A stretch of DNA of 63,824 bases, the filler included, from Nemertoderma westbladi (Eukaryota; Animalia; Xenacoelomorpha): the NCBI GenBank assembly GCA_032718475.1. It is 4 parts of 4 records of this genome, joined end to end, with 100 filler letters (N's around TTAATTAATTAA, not from the genome) between each part and the next. Parts side by side here need not be neighbours in the genome. Positions count along the whole stretch, not along the records: positions 1 to 23,010 come from JAUCBJ010005994.1; 3 more parts are not named here. One strand, 5' to 3'. The first letter of the stretch is position 1. Every line of letters begins with the position of its first letter. Positions 1-13,900 of this stretch are shown here, one piece after another. The notes beneath the pieces are model-generated. The model ran no database searches. It had not been told where the DNA came from and saw nothing but the letters and a program-made list of their open reading frames with translations. Made by a program: the position numbers and the translations under genes.

Positions 1-140
1 CCCCAATGGTGGCTGTATCACATCTACTCTCCAATGGTGGCTGCATCACATCTACTACCCAATGGTGGCTGTATCAACATCTACTCCCCAATGGTGGCTG
101 TACCACATACTGCTCATCTCCCAAATGGTGGCTGCACCAC
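1..140. repeat. ~28-30 bp minisatellite (ccaatggtggctgtatcacatctact), ~5 copies, truncated by window edge
   Basis: Core aatggtggctg recurs at ~5, 33, 61, 90, 124. Confidence 0.9.
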
Positions 141-2399
141 ATATTATGTGTACTACTATTTGAATGTACCTCGTTGTCCGTTGTCCGTTTGTTATATTGT
201 TTGTATTTGTTTATTTGATAGTAATGTAATATATTGTGAGTAATAAAGAATAAAACCTTCAATGGCCGGCCTACAAAATAGTTTTTTTGCGTTAGTTAAT
301 TAAATACTAATCAATTAATTTCGTAAATCGCTACAATTATATTACCGGTACTCAATTCTATAATATTAATTAGGGGTAATTAAAAAAAAAGATGTGAGTT
401 TTAAAAAAGCTCAACTAAATAATATTTAATATTCTATTTTAGAATTATAACGATTACATCTCAAAATTTAGACCTCAGTAATTTGTAATTTGGTAATCAG
501 TAATTTTTTGGTGAAATTTAAAACGGTTTTCTGATTCTGAATCTGCAGATGAAGGAGGTTCAAATGATATCAGGATTAAATTAAAATTACGAATAATAAA
601 GCCATATAAAATAGTACCGGTAACAGAGATATTTAAATGTTGCTAAAAAGGCCTTTTTTAAGGGCTTGTTGTATCGAAATAGCTCAGAAAGTGAAAACTA
701 CTATCATACCAAATATCGTAGCATATTATTGAAATTTGAAAAAAAGAGGGTGGGGGGTGGGGGGGAGGGGGGCTCCTCCGACTTGCTAATAGTGGTTGTT
801 GTATTAAGGGAGATGGTGTAGATTATATCAAACATTCCATAACTGAAAGCCCCTTTCCAGTTCGTCCACTAAGTCCAATGATTTGAACCGGATGTGCCAA
901 CTATCAAATTTATAAATGCTATATATGATGTCATCAACAGAGGAAAAGGCACTCAGAAGTCGTTTGAATTAAAAGGGTTGATTGTCAATTTCAATTTTGA
1001 CCTATTGCGATTTCCCATATCGAAATAGCTTGTAAATTGATCACGATGTAATTCTTGCACGATCCTTGGTGCATTAAAGAGTAACTGCATCCTATCTTTT
1101 TGGTAATATTTATTATCTCTACCATTAGTAATTGTTAATTTGCAGTAATTTAACGAAAATTTTGAAAATTAGAGCGAATTTTATTCACAGTTGGGCCCAT
1201 GTGAAGTATCCCAGACTTTTTACTGTTATATTTCACGTTGTCATTTGCCCCATGTGAAGAGTACCATAGGATTTCATAAAAATATAGGTTACATAATGGC
1301 TGAATCTTACCAAAACAATAAACATTATAGTATCTGTACAGACTGTAAGATAGTAGTAATAAGCGCTGTAAAACACTTGATGAAGATAAATAAAAAAAAT
1401 ACAAATTCTTCATAAATAAATTTTCAATCAAATTCCGACCGATGGTATATTCAAAATCTATGGGTATTCTTGGCGTAAATTGCGATCATAGTTTCAGAGT
1501 TTTTATTCGTTACTTGGAAGTGCTAATTAACTTCTGGGAATTAACCTTATATTATCGATATCTGAAGTAAAACAACAGATGTTTGGTTGGAGAATATAGA
1601 ATGACTTTTATTAATAGAAAATAATAATAATTTTGATCACTATTGGGACTTATTGGGACGCGGTATTTTTAATTTTAGGTTAACTATACTTATAAAAGTG
1701 TCGGAAATTTTCAATTTAGTTATTAGATTTGAGATGTAGAGATATACAGTCCTTACCGATCAAGATCAAATGATCAGTTGTTTCACCGTCACTGTTGCAC
1801 GTTGATGAAACTAATCTTATCAGCGGACAGCTGTGCCTTCTCGTGTCTCATATGGTTCACAAAGTTTTTCTGGAAGCTGCGCCGTTGCACTCTTGCGTCC
1901 AAATAAGCATCCAACAAGCTTCATGTCGTTGTATCGTTGACATGTTTTTCTAATTTTTTTTGCTCTACCATCTTGCCGCATCGATATAATGACATGTTAT
2001 TTAGGGATGTCCATCCGAAAGTACCGCAAAATCGACTACGGTCGATGACGAAAAACCGTGTACCTGTAATTTGGGGCGCCGGTGGTATCTGTAGCGAGAT
2101 CATTATCAGAGCGCGCGCTGGCACTTTGGCTATCCGTTGGCATGGCCGGTGCTAGGTGTAGTCAACCGCTTGTTATCACAGCCCGGCCACGCGGAGAAGT
2201 ATGGCCCCAAGGCCCATCCCCAACCACCGAAAGTTTGCGTTTATCTGTCGCCTAAAATAATCTACCCAAATGCCTGTACGAGAATTCTCCGCCTATCCTA
2301 CCTGCTCTCTCCTTCCCTTTCTAGCCGAGAGCATTGCCCACTCTCTGGCTCCCCCTCTATCTCTCTACCCCGAGCTTGGAACAAACAGGCCTAATGACG

Positions 2400-2704
2400 A
2401 ACTGTGGTGCCCCGCGAGCCAATCGCATTGCTAGTACTACTTCTCCAGGCGCTATTTCGTCGAATCATGCTCCTGGCCTTGCCTTTGTAAACCGTTTGTG
2501 TGTCTTTATTTCTCCCAGTACAATCTCAACAACTTGTAAATCGCTTCGGGTAAACTTCTCCATGTGTGAAAGTTTTTTCCTTTACGAGATTCTACTGTGA
2601 TTACGGGATTATACACAATCGGAATCGGCACTTCCCAAGGCTAAAAAACAGAGAAGAGCAAGATACCAGGAGACGAAAGACCCTGCGGTATATACTCGAG
2701 AAAG
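2400..2704 (+). other. TFAP2: Probable non-coding 5' exon/promoter-proximal region of the TFAP2 gene
   Basis: Ends in a strong donor AAG|GTGAGT (2704/2705); lies in a GC-richer stretch with a CCAAT at ~2420; the donor-proximal sequence is complementary to the region before the acceptor cccgcag at 9192. The start coordinate is a guess. Confidence 0.5.
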
Positions 2705-3354
2705 GTGAGTCCAGCTTTAACGTGACTCTCTAAATGGTAAATATAATCTTAAATGTGAAAATTACTTTTTTTTTGACTTCACATTGACGTACTATGTTGT
2801 TAAGGTTATTATCAGTTAATTAAATATGCTTATGGATGTCCATCAATTCCTTACTAATTAAAATGATTAATAAATATTGACAATAAAAGTTGTTTACTTT
2901 ATTGCATATGGAGAGTTTCTAACATTTTATTGTTTTTTTTATTTATTTATCTTCTGGGGAGTATACACATTCGCTTTATTAACACATCGATTACAGATAT
3001 ACTGGAATCAATTAATACACAAGCATAAAAAAATTAATTACGAACGATATCTCGTTAAAAAGTTTACAAAAAAGTTAAACAGTTTATATTACAGTAAGAT
3101 TTACTACTATTATAGCCGAGCGAAGCGATGGTACTTCTGTACTTAAATACATAAATATTATCAATAAGGGCGAGTGTGTAATCATGTAAAGTGCTCATTT
3201 TCAACCGTTTCTAATTGTCATTCTACAGCTGCGTACCGGTACCTATTGCTTGACTGCCTGATATTTTTGGTTATAGAGTGACTACTGAGACTGGCTGTCT
3301 GACCATGTGACTACTGACTGTTTGTCCGTATGGTTTCCCTCAATTGGTAAAGTG

Positions 3355-3484
3355 ACCGTTTATTGTTTTGGTTAGAAAAGCCCGCCTCTGTAGCCTGCTC
3401 CTTTCCCTCAATTGGTAAAGTGGCCGTTTATTGTTTAGGTTAGAAAAGCCTTCATCTGTAACCTGCTCCTTTCCCTCAATTGGT
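3355..3484 (-). mobile_element. Two tandem partial copies of a dispersed SINE-like repeat (core ctgtaacctgctcctttcc)
   Basis: Same core at ~29030-29090 (opposite orientation), ~32565-32630 and ~52020-52080. Confidence 0.65.
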
Positions 3485-3754
3485 ATATATATATACCAGT
3501 GTATAGTATATATACCAGTGTATAGTTTATATACTGATATATACCGGTACTAGTATATATATATATTATTTGTACTGTAGTATACCGGTATATATAAAGG
3601 ACAGTCAGGTCCCCAAAGTAATTATACCCATCAATTTCAAAATGGAAACATTAACTTCACTATGACTGTTATATAAATTTTTTTAACGGCATATCTTATC
3701 ATTATTACATACCAGTAATAAAAAAACCAACCAATATACAATTTATATCTTCCA

Positions 3755-3800
3755 ACCATTACTACTACTACTAGGATCGGCATGCTGCATTGCATAATCG
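3755..3800 (-). mobile_element. 3' tail fragment of the RTE-like LINE family
   Basis: Reverse complement reads gcaatgcagcatgccgatcc(tag)n, matching the LINE 3' end at 27337-27370. Confidence 0.6.
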
Positions 3801-4574
3801 GACCTTCCATATTCAATTCCAACCATATTCACCATCAACGTTTTTTATTTCATTCCACCAACTTAATTATATCATAATTTTTACCAAATTTGTTATCTGT
3901 AATTATTTGCGTTATGGCCCCTTTATACATTATAGTGAACAACAATAAAAGGTATGTCGTTGGGCGCGAACAAACAAATTTGTACTTATTTGTCAATATG
4001 AATAATATAAATTAGGTACGGAGTCATATAAAAGAGTTATATAACCTTTTACATTTCATGAACACAATAGGGTTACCATAATCTACTCGCAGGGCCTTAC
4101 ATAACTGTTCTTACATAACAATGCCAATTTGTTTATGTGCTAAAGTAATGTGAAGTAAAGCACGGGGGTTGTGGTGCGGGTCTGCGACCTCGCCGACTCG
4201 TATTGGCGCGGTTGGCGGCAATAACAGTAAACATGTGGCGTCCCTAACTGTACTAACATCCAATTGGTAAGGGGATCAAATTTATTATGTGTAATGTTAG
4301 CTGTTTACTTTATATTATATTATTAGTTAGTGGATTAAAAGGAGGGTGTTTTGAGTGAAGTAAAGTACTGTTTCTTATTTTCTTTTGATATTAATTTTTT
4401 TAATTACTCTTTCACTGTAAATGAATGCTAGACTGCCCACTCTCTTATTATATCCCGTGAGGCGTGAATCTAATCTGTATGACTGCGGCTCACCGCTCAA
4501 GACAGTAAAGTTAAAAGACGAGGACTGTCTGTATGTGTCCGTCCTCTATGTTCTCGAACTGTCTGGGTCCAGAC

Positions 4575-5515
4575 TGCCATTAGTGCCCACGGGCACTAAT
4601 GTTTCAGTACCTTTAGTGTCCGCGGTCACTTAGTCGCATTATCGCGGGCACTAATGTCCCATAGGACGTTAGTGCCCGCGAGACGTTAGTGTCTGCGAGA
4701 CATTAGTGTCTGCGAGACATTAGTGTCCGCGAGACATTAGTGCTCGCCTAGCGACTTAGTTAGTATATGTAATAAATACAACAGGACAGGAAGACATTTC
4801 CCGCTTCTTTATTTCCTGCTGATGCAAACGAGTCGTTACTTTCTTCAAACTCCAAAGGTACAAATTTCAGTATTTAGTTTCCGCATCTCGTTATTTAACA
4901 TTTTAATTTCAACTTGGATCTTTTATGATTAAAAAATTTATTAACCTCAGCTAGACATGGTAGCATTTATATTATTTGGTTTTGCGGTAAAGTCTTCAAG
5001 GAATGAGGATTAAGCAACGGCGTTTGATTGTTTACAAATAACTGAATAACCTAGTTTTGATTGAGTATACTTCATTTGTTTAACTTTCCTGGAGACAGTG
5101 CGTGTAATACAAAAAACAAGATGCAGTACAATCGTCCGAGGACGCACTAACTAATATATTATAATGAATTAATGATTTCAAGAAAAATACACAGTCGACT
5201 GTCTGACATTTTGTCGACGAATTAATTAGTTAATTAAATTAGGGAATGAATTAAATTAGTTTATGTTAATGGAGGAGGCCGTTGTCGATGATATGTCATG
5301 ATGACATGATTATGTCGGTATAAGTAAGTAAGAAGAAAAACTGATTGCCTTATACTAACTTCCAAATTCAGTGCGGGGTGCGGGCACTAATGACTCGCGG
5401 GCACTAACGTCTCACTTGCAGACAAGGTCCTCGGGCACTATTGACTCGCGGGCACTAAAGTCCTGAGACATTAGTGCCCGCGGGCACTAACGTCTCGCGG
5501 GCACTAACGTCCCCC
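4575..5515. mobile_element. Foldback/MITE-like element with arrays of a ~17-18 bp motif (gagacattagtgcccgc) in inverted orientation at both ends
   Basis: Motif repeated at 4575-4750, mostly inverted (gcgggcactaacgtctc) at 5380-5512, with an AT-rich non-coding middle. Confidence 0.7.
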
Positions 5516-8500
5516 AATCCCTGATATAATGCTGTGGTTTGCAGTGTTGCAACATCACTGTGATCACGATCATAGTGCGTTGAGTTTTAGTGTAATGAAT
5601 CAACCTTTATGTGATTTTCTGTGAGTAGAAGTTGTTCGAGTTTTATCTATGTCAGCTTCACGGTTAGGGAAAAGTATCAAAGCAGTAACGATCGAACATT
5701 CGAACGGCAACGATCCCCCAAAATTAAAAAAAAAACGGAGTGATACAAAATAGTGAAGAAATCGTGGATCGGGATATGGTTACATTAATTAGAGGGAAAT
5801 TCCGGTATCTTATCATATTTTTTATCAGCAGCAACCATCAATAAAATAATACCCAGGAATTCACCAACAGTTATAGAATTAGCATTAGGTAGGCCTTCTT
5901 TCTGTACTTCAGGCGTTCAAGGGAAATGCCAATGGTAGTTTGTTTGGGCAGAAATGGGTTAGTAACAATTTAATTGGATTGGGAATGATAAGATTATATT
6001 TAGGATAATCGAAGCCGATAATAACAGCTGGATATTGTTGGCTGGACTTGCAATGTTTGGTATTTGGTTCCAGACGCCAGACGTGAAACACCGGGGAAGC
6101 AAAAATACCCTTCCTGGTCACCACATTAGTTTATTTACATAAATCTGAAAGTATAAGACAAAGAAAAATAATCAAACGGGTATCCCGTCGTGGCAGAATC
6201 AATGGCGACACATGTGATTTCCCTCTGTTTAAATAATAACAAGATATACAAGGAGCTGTGTAGGCTAAATATGGGAAGCTAACAAATTGACATGGTACAC
6301 TTGCACAGGATATTGTTTCATATCGCCAGAATTATGGGCATATTTAACAAACCACCTGCCACCCATCCTGTTAACATCTCATTTGGTCAGCTGATTTATA
6401 GACACAATTCTGCAATTATTACGTTCACTCTCAATTTTACTAAACTTTTTGCTGATCAGATCACACATACAGTGTGGGTGGATGAAGGGGCTTGTTAAAC
6501 AAATCACAATGGCATAGTTGTTTTTTAAATATGTATATTTGAAAACAAATTAGATTAGCCAAATTATTGTAAAAAAGGTAAAAGGCGCGGGCGTATAAAA
6601 TAATTTTTTTACAATTCTTTACATTGTTAAACTTAAAGTGATCAGCAATTGGTCAAACAATATTCCGACATTCGATATTGATGGACTTTATAGGGAGGCT
6701 ACGCCAGAGCAGTCAGCGCCGTCCATAAAGAACATATTAAAGTTTACATGGAACAGTCATATGCTTGTGTGGAAATATGGGCCCCCTGGCCGTTGCATGC
6801 CGCCCATCTGTTAGCACCATAAAGCGCTCACATTGATCGATATGTATAGTATAAGTGATGTTATATGTACTGGTATGCTATTGATTTGATATTATATATG
6901 ATGTTCGTTATTGGGACATAAAGTTATAAAGTTCTCAAATCATTATTGTCCTCACAATATCCATAAAAATGTAATCGATATGAAAATAATTTCGCATTTT
7001 AACAATTAGGTGCAAAATAGTCAGACAAATTCCGTTTCGAAAATACTTTGCCTAACGAAAGTATATGGGGCATCGTATCGATGGAGGAGTGCCCGAGAAT
7101 CGCCTTAAAAGTGCACTCCGATCCATTACATGTAATCGTTTGGTTATATACATATTGATTCAATTCGAAGCATCTCTATAAGCAACTCCTATATGCTTGT
7201 TGGCGCAATACAATTTAGAAGGACACATTTACACATGTGTTGAAGGCAAAACGACGGGATTACCAACTTGAATATAATTAAATGTAGCCCAGTGGAGCCC
7301 CGATTGTAAAGTTTGCAGATGTAACTGTTGGCCCGGGTGTGTGATCCAGGTTTATGGAACACAGCACCTCGGGCCTCATTAGCGGAGCAAAACGCAGGTG
7401 ATTAGCGCCCGGTTGGATAGATTCATCAGTAAGAACTCCAAGAACGGCAAGACACCAGACTTGTAGACAAATAGTTTACACGTGTCGCAACACAAATTAT
7501 AGGACTAAATGAGATGTTTCGGAGGGCTTTGGTGATTATTGTCCGATGTTCCGTCAGGAATGTCGTCTGTTTGATGCGTCTTTGATTGGGTGACCCAAAA
7601 GTTTGCGTTCTACAAATGAGTGAATATGTATGTCAATAAATCTGGATTCATCAACCCTGTTATCTAACAATTGTTATTTAGGGGATATGGGGGGGGGGGG
7701 GGGGGGGGGGGGTACGAAGCGAACCCTTACATTTTTCTATATGCCATAATCGTAACGTTATCATTGTTGTATAACGCGGAATTATGCAATTGCTAAAGAT
7801 GTGGTCAGTCCAGACCTTTGGTGTGAACTAAACCTGCACGGCCCTTTTACATATTTACATGATTGGCAAAACTCCGTGAAGTTTATTATCCACTTATGTG
7901 AGCCCTAATTGAGAAAAATATCCTTGTAAAGAGGACAGGCAACTGAAGAAAGCACAAAAAAGGCATGTGGACTCAAGGCCTGGATTCAGTGCTGCGACAC
8001 AGTAGTTATTGCCTCTGGCACCCAATGTGCGAGTCTGTTGTTATTGCACCTTCGGTTGTCATGAACAATGCTAATGTACACAATAATGGCTGAAGGCTAC
8101 ATGTCGGTAGCAATGTTCAGTTACATGGGCTATCAGTTGTTCTTAGAGCCCGCAAACACTTGCAGCGTTTGTGCTTGTCTGTGCAACCAGGCCTTCTGAC
8201 ACGGTTGTTACCGGGACCCGGAGCACCTTCACTTGTACTATGGGCGCCTAACAAGGGGACCATAGGTAAACCAGCATGTAAATCACTTTGTTAGGCTGCC
8301 TGAGTGGTCACTTCCTTAAAAGCAGTGTTGTGTAGTTGCTTGTTATTTATGGTAGGTAGAGCCCAATGGAGGTATAGCCACTTAATACCCCCCCCCCCCC
8401 CCCCCCCCCCTCTCGCACACAGCCACAGCCGCCCCTGTACCCATTGTATTTCGGAGCCCCCTTTCCGAGGATTATACCGGATACGCTTGAATGGGAATCC

Positions 8501-9353
8501 AATATTGATTGAGACATAGACGGGGCCATTGAATGTCTTTAAGTTACCCGTGTCAGCTATTTAACAAGGTCTTCATTGGTTTTAATTCATAAAAACGTTG
8601 AAAATGTTTCATATTATACCTATAAATACATGTTGGAGTTGTGCAATAGGTTGTGTCTGGTCTGAAGCACTTATTACCATTTAGTTTCAGTTTCAAACTA
8701 GTTTGAGTAAAAAGTAATTTTTGATATGTTATTTAATTTATTTGCGGTTCGTCTCTGCATTTTCGCCTATAATTTATTACACCCAAGCCCAACGCATGTT
8801 TTGTGTTATATTGTGGAATAATATTATAGTCAATCTATGTAATAGACTTCTAGACTCCAGTGCCAAAAAATGTAGTGCTAACCAGGTGAGTTTAACTGTA
8901 CATGAATACCTTCATAGGACAAGCAAGCAACACTTTAGCTATGGAAGAAAACAAAAGGGAGTATCTATTATCCGATAGCACCATAGGTGTGTATGACCTT
9001 GCCGAGCTCTCCCATAGCCTTAGGGGGTATTAGTCCAAAGGTGCATACTCACTACGTGTGTTATGTTTATATGCTTGAGGGAGTTGTAATATGGCAGTAT
9101 AGAGAGCTATGCCAGGCATGACACCTAATAATGTTAGCCCACCTTATTATATTTACTATTTATTCTTAATATTGAATCTGTATATCCCGCAGATATTGGC
9201 TTTGATACGGTCGAGTGGCTAACCTCTAAAGATACCCCCCGCTGGTGTTAATAGTTGAGAGGCAATTGTAGCGTCGTAAATTAGTTATTAAACTTCTCAA
9301 TCTAATTGCCAAATTACTAAGAGGTCTTCTTTCCATCAATTAATTAATTAATC

Positions 9354-10077
9354 ATGTCATACTCAGACCGAAATTCATTGACCAATCAGCTGACGGGGAT
9401 GCCAGGCAACGGATTCACTGGCTCCCGATTGGGCACCCACACTCCGTCCGCAATGGACCTGCAGCCGCCCTACTTCCCGCCGCCGTTCGCCGCAGCCCAG
9501 CAGGCGGCCGCCGCCTCCATGGAGTTCCACCACCACGCCACCGCCACCGACCCGTACTTCCAGTCGCTACACAACGCCGGTGGCTACGCCGCCCACGCCG
9601 CAGCCCATTTCCAACAACGCCACGCCGCGCACCACGCGTCCACGGCCAACACAACCCCGGTTCACGATCCCCTCCATCACATGTACTCGACGATGCATCA
9701 GCACCAGTTCCAACCGCGCACCGCGGACGCCTACAGCGCCTTCCGTCGTCCGGACATGGTCCCGATGTCGGCAGACACCGAGTCCGCTCTCTGGGCCGGT
9801 CTCCACAACATCAACATGCCGGGGGAGGTGAACGACGCCTACGGACTGGTTGACCACAACGTCATGCGGAAGGTGGCCACCATGCGGACAAAGACGGAAC
9901 TGGATATTAGTCACAAGGAGCACATGTTGGGGAGCGCGTTGGTTAGCCCCATGGATGTGTTCTGTTCGGTCCCCGGGCGATTGTCTCTGTTGAGTTCAAC
10001 CAGTAAATATAAAGTGACGGTTGCCGAGGTTCAACGACGTTTAGGACCTCCGGAATGTCTCAACGCTTCGCTACTCG
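9354..10077 (+). CDS. TFAP2: Transcription factor AP-2, first coding exon (PY activation motif and start of the basic domain)
   Basis: [10 protein letters not shown] motif; [41 protein letters not shown] is the AP-2 signature; phase-1 donor G|GTTAGT at 10077/10078. Confidence 0.95.
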
Positions 10078-10364
10078 GTTAGTATAGCTAAGGATATTAC
10101 AGCTAGTTATATATAATATAGAGGAATGTAGTGTTCGGGGCAGAATTGATAACTCCAGGATGATAGCTGCGGAAAATTTCGTGCCCGAAAAATTAGAAGA
10201 GAGGGGAGCTATTGAAGCAAAGTTGAAGGGAAAATTACAGGGGAAACAAACGCAAGTTATAGCCGATACTGGGAAAAATGAAACTTTAGCCTGTATTGAC
10301 TTTGGTTTATTATTTTGGTTAAAATATTTTTTAGAATATTTTATTATCATGGATCAGAAAGTCA

Positions 10365-10950
10365 GGTGAAAACCTTCGGATACGTAAGGGGAAGGCATGG
10401 GCAGTGTTAAATAGTCTGTCCGGTCCAGGATTTGGAAGTCCCATAGAATAAAACGGAACCTTAAGGTGCTATTATTTATGGCAGCAGTAGTACCAGTACT
10501 CATATATGGGAGTCCATGCTAGGCTCTAACTGCAGAGGGTACCAAATCTCTGGATGGCAATTTCACAAGAATGCTGCACCGGGTTCATTGTGTCAAGTAC
10601 AATGAACACATCTCCAATCAGACTCTATACAACATTGGAAGTGTTCCATTAGTCTCCCATAGCTTGGCACTTGAACGGAACCGCCTCCGCTTTGCAGGAC
10701 ATTGCTTTCGCCGTGAGGACCAGCCAGTGCATAATCTTGTGCTTTGGTGGCCTCATGGAGTGAGTAAGCATGGTGGACAGCCCATGACTTTCTTGAGACG
10801 CATCTTAAAGGACACTGGCCTTGAAGATGCGGATGATCTAGCAAATGTCATGGGTGATAGGGAGTTGTGGCGGCGCAATTTTGTCGACAGCCGGCACAGA
10901 ATTTTTAATATATATGTAATATATAATGCAGCTGCAATGTAGCATGCCGA
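10365..10950 (+). mobile_element. 5'-truncated, degenerate RTE-like LINE copy inside the TFAP2 intron
   Basis: Near-identical to 26790-27355 (RLRFAGHCFRREDQPVHNLVLW...DRELWRRNFVD); in-frame stop upstream. Confidence 0.85.
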
Positions 10951-13900
10951 AAGGTATACATTTTCATGATCATATAATAACATGATAATATTGAAGAAAG
11001 TAGAATAACGTTTTATTTTAAAGGGAATTTAGCTTATTTATGACAACGACAGTTTGTAAATATCTTTGTCAAATGGTTCCCCGATAATATATGTAACTTA
11101 TGTCTCTGGTCTGTTATTCATATCAGTATGTTCATTTGAAATCTACTGTATTAAATGAGTTTATTGCACCTGAGGTTATAGTCGATAGTATATAGGGTGG
11201 ATGCCATTAATCATATCGTCCATAAATAATCTGCCGCCCATAAAGATTGAGGTATCCACTTGACGACAGGATTGGATCGAATTCTAACATTTTGGGTGAT
11301 TTCCTGTCCCCAGTGCCCATTGCTTTCGTATCTGGCGCACATAAACTGGCTTCTCCAATGAGATATTTCACAATGAGATTCAAGATTAGCATCCTGTAAT
11401 TAAATATCAGCTCTCTATTGTCACTTGCATGATTTTATACGAAGTACTAACTAACCACTATGATTTAATTAGCATAAGGTATGGTAAAAACCATAAATTA
11501 AAAAAAAAGAAAAAATCCATCAAAATGTTCGTATGTTGCTATTTCGTTAATAGTATATTTTTTTCAATATTTTGTTGAACTAGGACAAAATGTTTAGCTG
11601 AAGTAGCGCAAACTTTAAATTAAACATTTTTGGTGTCCTGTTTGCCCAATATGTAATCTAGCAAACATTATGCAGATCCAGATGCTCACCCTCCTTGTAT
11701 ATTGTCTATTCTTCGACTGGGCTTAACTATAGGACTGCGACAAACAAAAATATAGGGCATATTTCCTTTCGACCTTGACCAACACACGCACGTGGTGTCG
11801 TGTATCACTGACTCCGCACTGCACAGTTCATCTACCGCGTTGATCCAGTTGAGAGTTGATCCAAGGAACAAGGGATCCGCTCTCGTGAAGAGGACTCATT
11901 ACCGTAAATGACAATGCAACCTGACACCGATTGCAATCTCCCTACTTCTCCGACGTTAGCTACACTATTACGAATTATATATAATAATCCCCGGTAGTTT
12001 CTAAATATAGACAGAAAGTACGAACGAACAGAACATTAGTTATTTTATAATTAGCCATTGAGTCCACTGACTGTGTATTTGTATCTTTGATTACTAAGTT
12101 AACCTTTAACCACAAAATCACAACAAATTGTGATAGAGAATACGCGCGATGGTATTTTTTACAAGAATTGTGAGTTATTTTTGAAATTAAAAACAGAATG
12201 CATTAATTATCATCTAAATCCCTTAAACCGCGCACTCTCAGCTTTTACGAAGGGGTCGTCCATCGTAGTATAATTAGTAGGCAGCATTCACCTGTCAGTG
12301 GGAGTGTTAGATAACGTGTTTGAGTGGTTTACGGGGAGCTCAGCTCCCAACAGGGTGTACCACAGAAGGGCCATTCCTATCTGCCCGGGCCACTCGTCTC
12401 CTGGCCTATCACAAACTCCCCGCTGAGGAATACCTTTTGTTACCAACTTTGGATTCAAAGTCTCTGCTATATGTGGATCGATGGTAGATAAAATCTTGCG
12501 GTCCGTATATTGTCGCATAGAGATTGCGTCACAAGGCTCGCCCATACGATATATAGCTTGAACAACACCTTGCATCAAGCTGTAACAATATCAATCTACA
12601 TTCCCCCCTACTCTGTGTAAATACTTGTTATTGAGTTATACCTGGTGGCGTGGGTGACACCGCGTTCTACAAATATTTGTATTTTAGGTCCGTCGATATT
12701 TCACACGCTTTGAAATATTTTTCTCATTCTGCTTTTATTGGATTGGTAGATTCATGGTATTTGTATTGGCAAATCGTTTAAACACTCAGGACTTACAACA
12801 CATGTGTGATAGTGGGCTCGCCTTCATCTCTTTCACTATAGTTTCACGTTTACACAATGATGCTCTTCCTCCAGATCTTTAGCTCGAGTATCGTTTTCAG
12901 TTTTGAAATATGGTGAATAATACATTCGAGAAAACACAGCCAGGGCGACAATAAGGTAGGTGAAGCGTCGCCCTCCCAAAGGACGAAGTCTCAGAGTTAT
13001 GCGAATAGGAATATTAAGTAACTCAGAATACGACATAGCCCATAATTTAAACTTAACTTTAGATCAAACAACACTATCCTATACGTGATACATGGGCTTG
13101 AAGCAAACAATTGGATGTATATTTATATAAAACTTATCGTGCTTATTGTGCTTATCTTTCTAATTCCAAATGAACGTACCTTTGCATGTTACTGAGTCTG
13201 TTACAGTTGTTGTAGGACATCGTGAAGCACAGGCTGCAACATTTACGATAGGCCAGAAGTGCTATTTCGACGCCCTCCCTACCCGCGTCAAAATAGTCCA
13301 TTTGGGAAACTGTAGTGGGGCTAATTGCCGGAGCTTACCAAAGGGCCTAGGGGACTGGTCTATTCACACCCGACTCCCAGACAAAGAAGGTCTCCCTACA
13401 GGGGCCCCAATTAACCGTGCTACCCAGAAATCATATCAATAGCCAGGTATGCTTCTTGTCATACATTGACACTGTGATTGTATAGTTGCAGAGTCGGCCC
13501 TTTTCGTCGTTCTGGGGCCCATACAAGATCACTGCATAATATATAATCACAGAATTCCAAGTCGGTTGACAATGAATAGCAAAGCCGGTTTCCAGCCTGC
13601 AATGGCGTCTTATATTACTAATTCAAACTCTCACTTCCGTTTCGGTTGGGATTAAACACAGCCATAATTCTAATGTATTTTTTTTGTTTGGATGTAATGG
13701 ACGGATTGACACTCTCGCGCCATGTAGAAGCTACATAGCGATGGTTTTAGCGGGTTTGGTGTACCTAGCCTGGAGCGCATCCTCAGTGAAACTGCTTCGG
13801 AATATCGGATTAGGTGATCGACAACAATGGTATAGTTATAATATTTTCTAAAAGGACTAAAATAAACATGGGATGCCAAAAGAATGCATGTATATAAGGC

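Larger units (their letters stand above)
2705..9192 (+). other. Putative 5' UTR intron of TFAP2 (GT...AG, ~6.5 kb) with complementary ends
   Basis: GTGAGT donor; tatatcccgcAG acceptor; 2731-2747 pairs with 9146-9162. Confidence 0.55.

Noticed and set aside
5880-6500. Gypsy integrase tail (VFHVWRLEP)
   Set aside because: A single short motif with no supporting upstream integrase core
7689-7712. Long poly-G/poly-C runs here and at ~8387, 32672, 38996, 41805, 45365 as a regulatory system
   Set aside because: No consistent context; homopolymer lengths are unreliable in assemblies
9415-9923. Overlapping/antisense ORFs in TFAP2 (and likewise in ERCC6 and the retroelements)
   Set aside because: Shadow ORFs of GC-rich coding sequence with no recognisable motifs
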